Assembly: GCA_041393815.1 (NCBI GenBank)
Contig: JAWKJK010000006.1
Location: 103,858 to 167,857, forward strand
Reading direction: 5' to 3'
DNA: 64,000 bases
Origin: Candidatus Nanopelagicales bacterium
GTDB lineage: Bacteria; Actinomycetota; Actinomycetes; S36-B12; JAWKJK01
This document shows positions 27,537-37,900 of this stretch, one piece after another. Each line of letters starts with the position of its first letter. Position 1 is the first letter of the stretch. The notes under the pieces were generated by a model, which worked only from the letters and a program-made list of their open reading frames with translations, made no database searches and had not been told where the DNA came from. A program made the translations under genes and the position numbers.

Positions 27537-29351
27537 TCAGGCCGCCAGGTGTGCGGTGAGCCAGGTCTCGAGTGCGCTGACCGGCGGGTCAGTAGTGCAC
27601 TCGTCGGGCGGCGGGGGTCCGGTGTCCCAGATGGGGTCCGGGGGTGTGGGGTAGGTGTGGCCGGTGGGGCTGGTCCAGCGGATCCGCCCGCTGCCCGGAT
27701 CGGGCGACGCTTCCCAGGTCGTGTGGGTCTTGATCCGGTGATGTCGCCGGCACGCGGGGTGCAGGTTCGCGGCGGTGGTATTCGCTCCGTTGAACTCGGT
27801 GGCGTGGTCGAGGTCGGTGTGCACCGAGGGGATGGTGCAGCCGGGGAACGTGCAGGTGGTGTCCCGCGCCGTGACCAGCTCGCGCAGCCGGTCCGACGGC
27901 CGGTAGCGGGTGCCGCCGGTGGCGACGAGTCGGCCGTGGTCGGTGAGGAACGCCCGCCAGGTGTCTGCGCCGGCGGCGAGTTCACGGGCCAGGGGTGCGG
28001 GGACCCAGCCGTGGCCGGGGACCCAGCCGGGGTTGTCGGCCAGCCCGAGCAGGGTGGGGGCGTCGACGATGACGACCGCGGACGACCACGACCTGCCCCG
28101 CCCGACGCCGGTCCCGGCTCCCGCGCTGCCACCGGCAGGTGTCGTCGCTGCGGCCGCACCGGCTCCGGTTCCTGCGCCGGTGCCCGATCCTGCGTTGGCA
28201 CCAACGCCCGCGTCGGCCCCGGAGCCTGCGTCCGTGGTCGTGCCGGTGTCCAGGCCGAGGTGCCGGGCCAGCAGGCGGGCGGCTTCGATGACGGCGTCGG
28301 CGCGCAGCGCTTCCAGGGTGGTGTCGGGGTGGTGCGGGCAGCCGAGCTGGTGCGTCCGGTCGGTGTCCGGCTGGGCGCTGGCACCGGTGCTGTGAACCCC
28401 GGTAGCGCGGTGTCCGCGCAGGGCGGCGAGGGTGCCGACCAGCCCGGCCGATCCGACTGAGCCGGCAGACCCGGTCCCGCCCGTGCGGGTGCCGGTGTCG
28501 CGGGGGCAGGTGCAGGGGCCGAGCAGGGCGGTCAGGTCCGCGGCGGGGTCCTTCAGCTGGTTCTGGCGGGTGCGGGCCCAGGTGTCGAACTGCCGCCACG
28601 CCCACGACGCCATCGGCTGGGAGGCCTCCAGGGTGATCTTGGCGCGGAAGTCCGGCAGCGCACTGATGCGCAGCGAGCGTTCCCGGCGCCTCTTCTTCGC
28701 CCGGTCCGCCGCGGCGGCGGCATCCATCTTGAGGATGGTGCGGCGGATGCGGTGCCGCAGCCGGCCCGGGGTCTCCTCCGCGTACCGCGACGGCTGCCCG
28801 TCCGCGTCCGGGAGGGTGTCGGCCACGACGACCTGCACGACTGTCTCGGTCAGGTCGGGGGAGAGTTCGGCGGTCTCGGACACGACCGCGGACAGGTGCC
28901 CGTACCCCCAGGCACCGGTCTCCAGCATGCCGGCGACCGGGGCCCCGGGGCCGGCGAGGAACCGGGCCGTGTGGATCCGGTCCGACGCCGCGACGGTAGA
29001 CAGTCGGCAGGCGGCGGCGACCTCGGCGTGCCGGGCCTCCTCGGCGCACTCGAACGGCCCGAAGGGCAGCGCCTCCCCGGACTCCTCGAGCTGGTCCGGG
29101 TCCGGGTCACGTGCCGGCTCGGGCCCGGCGACCGGGAGGATCGCCGCGTACGACCGGGCGGTCACCCACGCGGCCTGCGCCTGCCACGCGGTCAAGAAGG
29201 TCACTCGGTCGTGACCGCACAGCGCGTCGGGGTCGATCTGCTCCAGCAGCCCGATCGCCACCGGCCCGGGCCCCACCGCGACCGCCTGCGCGAGCAGGGC
29301 GGCGTCCCACGCGCGGGAGGTCCGCGGACCGGGAACCACGGGATCGAACAT
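27537..29351 (-). CDS. DUF222 + HNH endonuclease protein (13E12-repeat-like family)
   Basis: RDTTCTFPGC, DLDHATEF, NLHPACRRHHRIKTH, WTSPTGHTY; DUF222-like N-terminal helical region with an internal Gly/Thr/Ala-rich insert. Confidence 0.88.
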   Translation of the reverse strand: MFDPVVPGPRTSRAWDAALLAQAVAVGPGPVAIGLLEQIDPDALCGHDRVTFLTAWQAQAAWVTARSYAAILPVAGPEPARDPDPDQLEESGEALPFGPFECAEEARHAEVAAACRLSTVAASDRIHTARFLAGPGAPVAGMLETGAWGYGHLSAVVSETAELSPDLTETVVQVVVADTLPDADGQPSRYAEETPGRLRHRIRRTILKMDAAAAADRAKKRRRERSLRISALPDFRAKITLEASQPMASWAWRQFDTWARTRQNQLKDPAADLTALLGPCTCPRDTGTRTGGTGSAGSVGSAGLVGTLAALRGHRATGVHSTGASAQPDTDRTHQLGCPHHPDTTLEALRADAVIEAARLLARHLGLDTGTTTDAGSGADAGVGANAGSGTGAGTGAGAAAATTPAGGSAGAGTGVGRGRSWSSAVVIVDAPTLLGLADNPGWVPGHGWVPAPLARELAAGADTWRAFLTDHGRLVATGGTRYRPSDRLRELVTARDTTCTFPGCTIPSVHTDLDHATEFNGANTTAANLHPACRRHHRIKTHTTWEASPDPGSGRIRWTSPTGHTYPTPPDPIWDTGPPPPDECTTDPPVSALETWLTAHLAA

Positions 29352-29359
29352 GTGTACGA
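29344..29359. promoter_or_regulatory. LexA (SOS) box overlapping the DUF222-HNH start codon
   Basis: TCGAAC-ATGT-GTACGA vs actinobacterial consensus TCGAAC-N4-GTTCGA (1 mismatch). Confidence 0.7.
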
Positions 29360-29572
29360 GTCTATCGGACCGGTCCGACACCGCGCAAGACCCTGGGCAC
29401 ACGAAATCCGTTACGCTGCAGGCGAAACGCGCCCGCACCCCCGGAGGGGTGAGGCAATCCGCGAGTGCCCCCACACCGCCCCGGGCCGCCCCCGTGAACC
29501 GCTGCGCGTGCCGTCGAATCGCCACACCCCGCGCTCCGCTACCGTCCGGCACACCGACGAGAGGGGTCCCCG

Positions 29573-30709
29573 GTGACCGAGCACGACATCCCCGTGACGA
29601 CCGCCCTGCGCCAGCAGTTCGCGGACGAGGGCGCCCAGCAGTGCCGCGACCTCGGCCTGGACGAGCACCACGTCGCGCCGTGGGAGGACGGCTTCCGCAC
29701 GGCGGACGAGGCGCATGCCTTCGAGTGGTGGTACTTCGACGCCCAGTTCGACGACGGGTCCAACCTCGTCGTCACGTTCTCCACCAAGCCGCACACGCAC
29801 CCCGAGGGCCCGCTGCTGCCGCAGCTGCTGGTCATCCACCGCACCGCCGACGGCACCTCGACGAAGCGCACGATCTCCTACGCCGCCGAGGACTTCCGGG
29901 CCGCGAGCGGCCGGGACGCCACCTGCGACGTCGCGATCGGCCCCAACACCGTCACCGGTGACCTGGCGACCTACGACCTGCACGTCGAGACCGACGACCT
30001 GGCGGTCGACCTGCGGATCGAGCGCAAGGCTCCGTCCTGGCGACCGAGCTCCGGCTACAGCTACTTCACCAAGGACAACAGCAAGTACCTCGCCTGGGTC
30101 GTACCCATCCCCTACGGCACCGCTTCCGGCACCGTGACCCCCAAGGGTGCAGAACCCCAGCAGGTCAACGGGTTCGCCTACCACGACCACAACTGGGGCA
30201 ACGCCCTCATGGGCGACAACCTGGACCACTGGTACTGGGGGCGGGCGCGGGTCGGTGACTACTCGGTCATCTACGTGCAGATGACGACCGCGAAGGTGTT
30301 CGGTCTCGGCGGCATCCACCTGCCGGTGTGGTTCCTCGCCAAGGGCGACGACGTGGTCACCGACGACGGCCTCTCGCTCACCCTGGAGCTCGGTCCGACG
30401 ACGGAGGGGCCCGGAGGCCAGGACTACCCGACAGCCCTCACCTGGCGGTGGCGACGCGACGCCGCGAACGACGCCGAGGGCGACCCTGACGGCTACGGCG
30501 AGATCACGCTCACCGTCGACGATGTCACGCTCATCGAGGTCCTCGACATGACCGAGGACATGCCGGAGTGGAAGCGGCGCGTGACCCACCTGTTCAAGAA
30601 CCCGCTGTACTACGACTTCGACGCGCACGCCCGGCTGGACGTCGACTACCGCGGCGTGCGCGAGACGGTCACCGGCCGCACCCTGTTCGAGAAGATGATG
30701 TTCCGCTGA
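29573..30709 (+). CDS. AttH/CrtC-like (lipocalin-like, hydroxyneurosporene synthase-related) protein
   Basis: FEWWYFDA, YHDHNWG, WYWGR motifs. Confidence 0.65.
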   Translation: MTEHDIPVTTALRQQFADEGAQQCRDLGLDEHHVAPWEDGFRTADEAHAFEWWYFDAQFDDGSNLVVTFSTKPHTHPEGPLLPQLLVIHRTADGTSTKRTISYAAEDFRAASGRDATCDVAIGPNTVTGDLATYDLHVETDDLAVDLRIERKAPSWRPSSGYSYFTKDNSKYLAWVVPIPYGTASGTVTPKGAEPQQVNGFAYHDHNWGNALMGDNLDHWYWGRARVGDYSVIYVQMTTAKVFGLGGIHLPVWFLAKGDDVVTDDGLSLTLELGPTTEGPGGQDYPTALTWRWRRDAANDAEGDPDGYGEITLTVDDVTLIEVLDMTEDMPEWKRRVTHLFKNPLYYDFDAHARLDVDYRGVRETVTGRTLFEKMMFR

Positions 30710-30780
30710 ACCCCGGGCATCCCCGGGTCTGAGGCGAAGTCCTCCCAAGGCCCGCCGCCGGGCGGCTAGCGTCCGGACGG

Positions 30781-32169
30781 ATGACGGACTCAACGGCACC
30801 GGTCGCGACCGAGGGACGGCTGCGCCGGATCAGCATCGCGGTGTCGCTCGGGCTGTTCGCGGTCAACCTGGACTTCTTCGCGATCCAGACCGCCCTGCCG
30901 TCCGCGGCCGTTGACCTCGGCACCACGCCCACTCGGCTCCAGTGGGCGGTCAGCGGCTACCTGCTCTCCCTCGCCTGCTTCCTCATCGTCGGCGGCCGGC
31001 TCGCGGACATCTTCGGGCGCAAGACATTCCTCCTCGCCGGGGCCGTCATCTTCGGGGTGACGTCGCTGCTCGGGGGCATGGCGCCGACACCCTGGTGGCT
31101 GATCGCGATGCGGGTGCTGCAGGGCATCGGCGGGGCGCTGCTGTTCCCCGTCGGTCTCTCGGTGATCACCAACGCGTACCCCCCGCAGCGCGTCGGCCGT
31201 GCCATCGGGGTCGTGTTCGGCGTATCCGCGGTGGGCACGGCGCTCGGACCACTGCTCGGCGGCGCGATCACTCAGCTGCTCAGCTGGCGCTTCGTGCTGT
31301 GGCTCAACGTCCCAATGGCCGCGGTCGTGTTCGTCATGACCCTGCGCGACGTCTCCCAGTCGCGCGACCCGGATGCCCCCCGGAGCATCGACTGGTGGGG
31401 CCTCCTGCTGGTCGTGCTGTCCGTGGGTTCCTTCACGTACGGCATCGACGCCGCCGGCCGGGTCGGGTGGGGGTCGCCGGGGTCCTGGGTCTTCGTCGCG
31501 GCCGGCATCCTCGGCTTCGTCGTGGTCGTGCTGGTGGAGCTGCGGGTCCGCGTCCCCCTGCTCGACCTGGCCCTGTTCCGCATCCGCGAGTTCACCGTCA
31601 TGGTGCTCGCCGGGGCCGCGGCCAACATGACCGCCCTTGCCACCATCTTCGCGTCGATGACCTTCCTGCAGTCCGTACGCGACCAGAGCGCCCTGGTGGC
31701 CGGCCTGGCGTTCCTGTCCTTCTCCATCCCGTACGCCGCCGGCAACCAGCTGTCCGGCCGGCTGGAGCGGTTCCCGTCCTGGGCGGTCATGGCGGTCGTG
31801 CTCGTCATCGGCGGCGCGGGCACCGTGGTGATGGGCCTGGTCGACTCGCTGCCGCTGTTCTTCGTCGCGGCGGCCTTCAGCGGCCTGGGCCTCGGCGTCG
31901 GCTGGGCCTACTCGAGCATCGTCACCCAGGCGGTCGTGCCGCCGGGGGAAGCGGGCCTGGCCTCGGGCATGGTGCTCACGGTCCTCATCGGGCTGGGAGG
32001 TGTGGCCATCGCGGTGGCATCGACCGTGATCGAGTCGCGGTCGGGAAGCGCGGCGTCCATGACCGGCGCCATCGATGCGACGCTGATCGGATTCGGCATC
32101 CTCGCGCTGGCAGCGGCGGCCGTCGTGGCGCTGCTCGGCCGGCGCGGAGCGCAGCGACCCGCCCCCTGA
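30781..32169 (+). CDS. MFS drug:H+ antiporter (DHA2/EmrB-QacA type)
   Basis: About 14 TM; GGRLADIFGRK, LQGIGGA, GPLLGG, WRFVLWLNVP. Confidence 0.88.
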   Translation: MTDSTAPVATEGRLRRISIAVSLGLFAVNLDFFAIQTALPSAAVDLGTTPTRLQWAVSGYLLSLACFLIVGGRLADIFGRKTFLLAGAVIFGVTSLLGGMAPTPWWLIAMRVLQGIGGALLFPVGLSVITNAYPPQRVGRAIGVVFGVSAVGTALGPLLGGAITQLLSWRFVLWLNVPMAAVVFVMTLRDVSQSRDPDAPRSIDWWGLLLVVLSVGSFTYGIDAAGRVGWGSPGSWVFVAAGILGFVVVVLVELRVRVPLLDLALFRIREFTVMVLAGAAANMTALATIFASMTFLQSVRDQSALVAGLAFLSFSIPYAAGNQLSGRLERFPSWAVMAVVLVIGGAGTVVMGLVDSLPLFFVAAAFSGLGLGVGWAYSSIVTQAVVPPGEAGLASGMVLTVLIGLGGVAIAVASTVIESRSGSAASMTGAIDATLIGFGILALAAAAVVALLGRRGAQRPAP

Positions 32170-32347
32170 CCGGACGGTCTGCCCACCGGCCGTGGCGCAG
32201 GTCGCGGGCGGCCGGAACGCCCGGTGCCCCGGCCGCCGGAGCGACCGGGGACACCGAGCGCGGCGGTGCGCGAGGCGACGGCGACGACGACGCGACGTGG
32301 ACGCACGGGCCCCCCGTCCCGCGCGACCCGTCGCCGGGATGCGGGGA

Positions 32348-33100
32348 CTATCCCACCGCCACCGGCACGGGGGAGGACCCCGTGATCCGGGTGGCAGATC
32401 CCCGACCGGCCCGGGCCAGCAGCCACAGCGCGAGCCACATCTCCCCGACCATGCTCGGGAGCGCGACCATGGCCAGGAAGGCGTCGGCGTAGTCGGCGTA
32501 CGAGGTCATCAGCGCGTGGGCGAGCGTGTCGACGACGTACGCCAGGCCGGCGACGACCAGGACGATCCCGAGCGCGCGGGGGGCCAACCGCGACGCGACG
32601 AGCACGCCGCCGACGACCACCAGGTGCAGGCCGAAGGCGACCAGGCCGATGAGCCAGGTCCAGTCGAACGCCTGCAGCAGCAGCGTGACCTGCGCCTCGC
32701 GCTGGCCCTGGTCGAAGGCGGTCATGAACTCCTCGCCCCCGGTGACCGCGATCGCGCCGGCCCAGAAGACCAGCGCCACCCCGAGGAAGACCGTGTACAC
32801 GATGCGGAACCACGCGGCGAGCAGCGACAGGGCGGGGGCGACCGGGCGCAGCACCAGGTAGAGCCCCCAGGCGATCGCGACGTCGAGGACGAAGACGGCC
32901 AGGAACGCGATCAGGCCGGCGCGGAACAGCGTCTCGGACTCGGCCACGTTCGCGTACGTGGCGGCGGCGTCGTCGGGCACCACGAGGCTGCCGCGGACGA
33001 CGAAGTTGGCGACCACCGCCAGCACGAAGATCGCCAGGTAGCCGACGCCGGCGACGAGCGCGGCCCGGCGCGGCGGGGTGTCGGTCAGGGTGCGGTGCAT
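32348..33100 (-). CDS. DUF4386-family membrane protein
   Basis: AGVGYL, FVLDVAIAWGLY, LAAWFR, GEMWLALWLL pattern; divergent from a TetR gene. Confidence 0.7.
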   Translation of the reverse strand: MHRTLTDTPPRRAALVAGVGYLAIFVLAVVANFVVRGSLVVPDDAAATYANVAESETLFRAGLIAFLAVFVLDVAIAWGLYLVLRPVAPALSLLAAWFRIVYTVFLGVALVFWAGAIAVTGGEEFMTAFDQGQREAQVTLLLQAFDWTWLIGLVAFGLHLVVVGGVLVASRLAPRALGIVLVVAGLAYVVDTLAHALMTSYADYADAFLAMVALPSMVGEMWLALWLLARAGRGSATRITGSSPVPVAVG

Positions 33101-33121
33101 GGCTCCTCCTCGAACCTGCTT

Positions 33122-33168
33122 CTTACGTTGTAAGGCTGATGTCCGAGGACCGTACCGTACGTTGTAAG
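33122..33168. promoter_or_regulatory. Two putative TetR operators in the divergent promoter
   Basis: CTTAC-GTT-GTAAG (33122-33134) and CGTAC-GTT-GTAAG (33156-33168). Confidence 0.7.
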
Positions 33169-33224
33169 GTATGGCAAGGCCGTCCTCCCTGACGCCCGCT
33201 CGCAGCACCCGCCGGAGGTCCCCG

Positions 33225-33887
33225 ATGAGCACCGCCCGACGCACCCGCCCCGCCCTGGACGCGGACCGCATCTGCCGTGCGGGCGTGGCCCTGGCGGACC
33301 GGGACGGGATCGACGCGCTCACGATGCGCGCGCTGGCCAAGGACCTCGGCGTCGAGGCGATGTCGCTCTACTACCACGTCCCCAACAAGGAGCGGCTGCT
33401 CGACGGGATGGTGGACGTGGTGGTCGCCGAGATCGCGCTGCCCGACGTCCACGGCGACTGGCGGGCCGAGACCCGGCGGCGCGCCGTCTCCGCGCACGAG
33501 ATGCTCACCCGGCACCCGTGGGCCGCCGCGCTGATGGAGTCGCGCACCACCCCGGGGCCGGCGGCGCTGCGCTACTACGACGCCATGGTCGGCTGCCTGC
33601 TCAACGCCGGCTTCCCGATGGTGCTGACCGCGCATGCGCTGTCCGCGATCGACGCGTACGTCTACGGATTCGGCCTGCAGCAGATGAGCCTGCCGTTCGA
33701 GGGCGAGGAGGACATCGCCGAGGTCGCGGAGAGCGTGATGGCCCAGTTCCCGGTCGGCGACTTCCCCTACCTCGCCCGGATGATCACCGAGCACGCGCTG
33801 CAGCCGGGCTACCGCTACGCCGACGAGTTCGCCTTCGGCCTCGACCTCATCCTCGACGGGTTCGAGCGGCTGCGTGCCGACGCGTAG
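33225..33887 (+). CDS. TetR/AcrR family regulator (TetR_C type)
   Basis: GGAGG RBS; LTMRALAKDLGVEAMSLYYHV HTH; FAFGLDLILDG. Confidence 0.92.
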   Translation: MSTARRTRPALDADRICRAGVALADRDGIDALTMRALAKDLGVEAMSLYYHVPNKERLLDGMVDVVVAEIALPDVHGDWRAETRRRAVSAHEMLTRHPWAAALMESRTTPGPAALRYYDAMVGCLLNAGFPMVLTAHALSAIDAYVYGFGLQQMSLPFEGEEDIAEVAESVMAQFPVGDFPYLARMITEHALQPGYRYADEFAFGLDLILDGFERLRADA

Positions 33888-33953
33888 CCGGGGGCGGACT
33901 CCCCCCGACCAAGCGGCCGCCCGGGGGCGGCCCCGGGGTCTACCCTGCGCGCC

Positions 33954-34946
33954 ATGCACGACCCCGGGGGCCTCGCGACCGGCCCGCGCGCGACGCTGTC
34001 CGCCGCGGTAGCCGAGCGCGTCGCCTTCGACTTCGACGAGGAGTCGTTCACCTGGGCCGACGTCGCCGAGGCCGCGGCGATCCGCGGCGAGTGGGACCGG
34101 CTGGTCGCGCGCGTCCGGGCCGGGCTGGCCGCCGAGGCGGCGGTGCCGCCCGATCGGCAGGACGCCGTACGAGAGGAGGCCCGCGCGGCGGGCATCGCCT
34201 TCCGTCAGCAGCGCAACCTGCTCACCGCGGACGGATTCACGGCCTGGCTGGAGCGGTGGGACATCACCGTCGACGGGTGGCGGGCCTACCTGCGCCGCGA
34301 GCTCGCACTCGCGGCGGGCACGCCGGACGCGGCGCACGTCGACCAGCCGGGTCCCGCCACCGAGCAGGTCCACGCGGCCGCGGTCCTCTCCGGCCTGCTG
34401 GCTGACCAGTCCGCGCTGCTGGCCGAGGACCTAGCGCTGCTCGGCGGCGTCCCGGACGCGGAGGACCGCAGCGCCGCGCTGGCAGCGATCGTCGCGGACG
34501 GGACCGCCGCGCGTGCCGCGGCGGTGGATGACCCCGAGGCGCTTGAGGCGATCGTCACCCGTCACCGGATGGACTGGTCCCGCGCCGCGGTCGACCTGGT
34601 CACCCTGCCGGACGAGGCCGCCGCGGACGAGGCGGCCCTGTGCGTGCGGCTGGACGGCCAGTCGCTCGCGGACGTGGCCGCGCTGGTCGGCACGCGGGTC
34701 GACTCCGTCGACGGGACCCTGTCCGACCTGCCCGAGCCGCTGCGGGGACCGGCGGTGGGCTCGCAGCCCGGCGACCTGCTCGGCCCGGTCGAGGACGACG
34801 GGGTCTACCGCCTCGCCGTGGTCGTCTCCCGGGTGGAGCCCGCGGCCGACGACCCGGAGGCGCTGGACCGGGCTCGCTCGCTGCTGCTCGCCCGGGTCGT
34901 CGAGGAGCGCACCCGCGGCCGAGTGAGGTGGGGTCGCGATGGCTGA
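33954..34946 (+). CDS. Parvulin/PpiC-like protein without signal peptide, putative peptide-maturation factor
   Basis: C-terminal QPGDLLGPVEDDGVYRLAVV resembles the parvulin C-terminus; N-terminal helical region (FRQQRNLLTADGFTAWLERW); overlaps the PCAT start. Confidence 0.5.
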   Translation: MHDPGGLATGPRATLSAAVAERVAFDFDEESFTWADVAEAAAIRGEWDRLVARVRAGLAAEAAVPPDRQDAVREEARAAGIAFRQQRNLLTADGFTAWLERWDITVDGWRAYLRRELALAAGTPDAAHVDQPGPATEQVHAAAVLSGLLADQSALLAEDLALLGGVPDAEDRSAALAAIVADGTAARAAAVDDPEALEAIVTRHRMDWSRAAVDLVTLPDEAAADEAALCVRLDGQSLADVAALVGTRVDSVDGTLSDLPEPLRGPAVGSQPGDLLGPVEDDGVYRLAVVVSRVEPAADDPEALDRARSLLLARVVEERTRGRVRWGRDG

Positions 34947-37900
34947 CGCGCTCGATCTGGACCCGCTGGCCCGGCAGCCGGCCTTCGCGCTCCTGGACGA
35001 CGACACCCGTGCGCTGCTGGTGGCCAGCATGGAGCCGGTCGACTTCCGCTTCGGCGAGGTGCTGGTGCGCGAGGGCGACGACCTCGAGTACTTCTACGTC
35101 GTCGTCGAGGGGGCTGCGCGTGTCCTCAAGCGCGGCGAGAACGACGACGAGGTCCCGCTGCGCACCCTGCGGCCCGGGGACGCGTTCGGCGAGTCCGACC
35201 TGCTGGCCGAGCGGCCGAGCTCGGCGACCCTGCGGGCCAGCGGGCGCGGTCGCGCGATGCGACTGCACCACACCGTGTTCGTCGGGATGCTCGAGAGCCA
35301 GCCAGGGGTGCGCGAGTCCTTCGAGGGCATGACCCGGCTGCGCGACCTGTGGGACTTCTTCCGCGTGCACGACGAGTTCGACGCCCTGTCCGACGCGGGG
35401 CTGGCCCTGCTCGCCCAGCGACTGGAGCCGGTCGACGTCGCCGACGACGAGGTCGTGGTCCGCCAGGGCGACCCGGTCGGGCCGATGTACGTGGTGCGGG
35501 AGGGCAAGCTGCGTGCCAGCGTGGACGGCGTCGGCGACGTGGACTTCCTGCGCAGCGGCGACTTCTTCGGAGAGACCGCCCTGTTCCGCGGCACCCCGCA
35601 GCCGGCGACCGTCCAGGCCGTCACCGAGGCAGAGGTGCTGCGGCTGCCCGTCGACGTGTTCCACCAGCTGCTGGAGTCCGAGCCCGGCTTCCGCGAGGCG
35701 CTGGCGGAGCGCAGCGAGCAGGCGTCGTACCGCACCCGGGCCCGGGTGCCGCTGGACTTCGCCGACGAGATCCTGCCGGTCGAGGCCCTGGCCACGGCGG
35801 CGCGCGTGTCGGCCCCGCCCCCCGTGATGGACGCCGACGTGGAGACCACGCCGCCGGAGAAGCGCGGCCGCCGGCCAGGGCGGCGCTTCCCGTTCGTCTT
35901 CCAGGTCGATGCCGCCGACTGCGGGGCCGCCTGCCTGGCGATGGTCTGCCGGTTCTTCGGCCGCAACGTCTCCCTGACGCACATCCGCAACCTGGCCCGG
36001 ACTGCCACCGACGGGACCACCCTGGCCGGCATCACCCGGGCCGCCGAGGACCTCGGCCTGACCGCCCGCTCCATCCGGGTCTCGGCCAGCCGGCTCGACC
36101 AGTTGCCGCTGCCCGCGGTCGTGCACTGGGAGGGCAACCACTGGATCGTGCTCTACCGGGTCGAGCGCACCCACGTCCGTGTCGCCGACCCCGCGAAGGG
36201 CCTGCGCCGGCTCCCGCGCGAGGAGTTCCTGTCGAAGTGGTCCGGCTTCGCGTCCACGATCGGCTACGACCCCGCGTTCGAGGATGCGCCGGAGGAGCGG
36301 ACCAACGCGGCCTGGATGTGGCCGATGGTCCGGCCGCACCGGGTCATGGTGGTCTGGGCGATCGTGCTGGCGTTCGTCGCCGCGGGCCTGGAGCTGCTGC
36401 TGCCCCTGCTCACCCAGTACGTCGTGGACAGCCTCGCCGAGTCCACCGAGCTCGACCTACTCCGCACGGTGGTGCCGGCCCTGTTGGTCACGATGCTGGG
36501 CATCGTCGCGGCCGGGACCCTCCAGCGGTACCTGCTCGCCAAGGTGGCCGTCCGCTTCGACGTGTCCACGCTGGACTTCCTCACCGGCCGGCTGCTGAAC
36601 CTGCCGGCCACGTACTTCGCCACCCGCCGCACCGGTGACATCGAGCGACGCCTCGGCGGGGCGCAGCAGGTCCGGCAGTTCTTCGTCGACAGCTCGGTCC
36701 AGGTGCTCACCGCGGGCGCGACCCTGGTGGCGGCGGTCGTGCTGATGTTCGTCTACAACGTCCCGCTGGCACTGCTCTTCCTGCTCACGTCCTCGACCTA
36801 CGTCTGGCTCATGCGGTTCTCCGCCACCCGGCTGCGGCCGATGTACGACAGCCTGGAGGAGTCGTACGGCAAGTACACCTCCGCGCAGATCGACGCGATC
36901 CGCGGGATCGAGACCGTCAAGGCGCTCGCGGTGGAGGACCGGCTGCAGCAACTGATGCTGGCGCGCTTCCAGACCCTGTCGGACCGGATCTTCCGCGGCC
37001 AGTTCCTCGGGCTGGTGTACGACTCCGGGCTGCAGCTGGTGACCTTCGCGACCTTCGGCGTCTTCCTGGTGGCCGGCTCGTACCAGGTCGTCAACGGCAA
37101 CCTGACGATCGGCCAGTTCGTGGCGTTCAACTCCCTGATCGCCCTGGCGACCGGTCCGTTGCTGATCGTGCTCGGGCTGTGGGACCGGTTCCAGCTGATG
37201 CGGGTCCTGCTGAACCGCCTCGACGACGTGCTGCTGAGCGAGCCTGAGCAGGGCAGCGACCGGACCGGGCTGCGCCAGGTCCCGTCGCTGGAGGGCCACA
37301 TCCGGGTCAGCGAGGTCGGCTTCCGGCTCGGTGGTCCAGAGGTGCCGCCGATCATCGACGACGTCTCCTTCGTGATCGAGCCGGGGGAGACCGTCGCCGT
37401 GGTCGGGCGCAGCGGGTCAGGCAAGACCACGCTGGTGAAGATGCTGGCCGGCCTGCTCGTACCGACGGAGGGGACCGTCGAGTTCGACGGCATCGACCTG
37501 ACCACGCTGGACTTCCGCTCGCTGCGGCGCCGGATCGGCGTGGTGCTCCAGGAGACGTACCTGTTCGACGACTCCATCGCCGGCAACATCGCCTTCGGCG
37601 AGCCGAACCCCGACCCGGAGCGGCTGCGCTGGGCCGCCGGGACCGCCGACGCGCTCGGCTTCATCGAGCGGCTGCCGCTGGGCTTCGACACCCGCATCGG
37701 GGAGTCGGGGATCGCGCTGTCCGGCGGGCAGAAGCAGCGGATCTCGATCGCCCGCGCGTTGTACAACCAGCCGCCGGTCCTGCTGTTCGACGAGGCCACC
37801 AGCGCCCTGGACTCCGAGTCCGAGCGCGCCGTCACGCAGGGCCTGGACGAGCTGCTGGTGGGCCGTACGTCCGTGGTGATCGCGCACCGGCTCTCGACGA

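Noticed and set aside
28080-28520. GC-rich quasi-repeats inside DUF222-HNH
   Set aside because: They encode an in-frame Gly/Ala/Thr-rich linker, with no sign of an inserted element.
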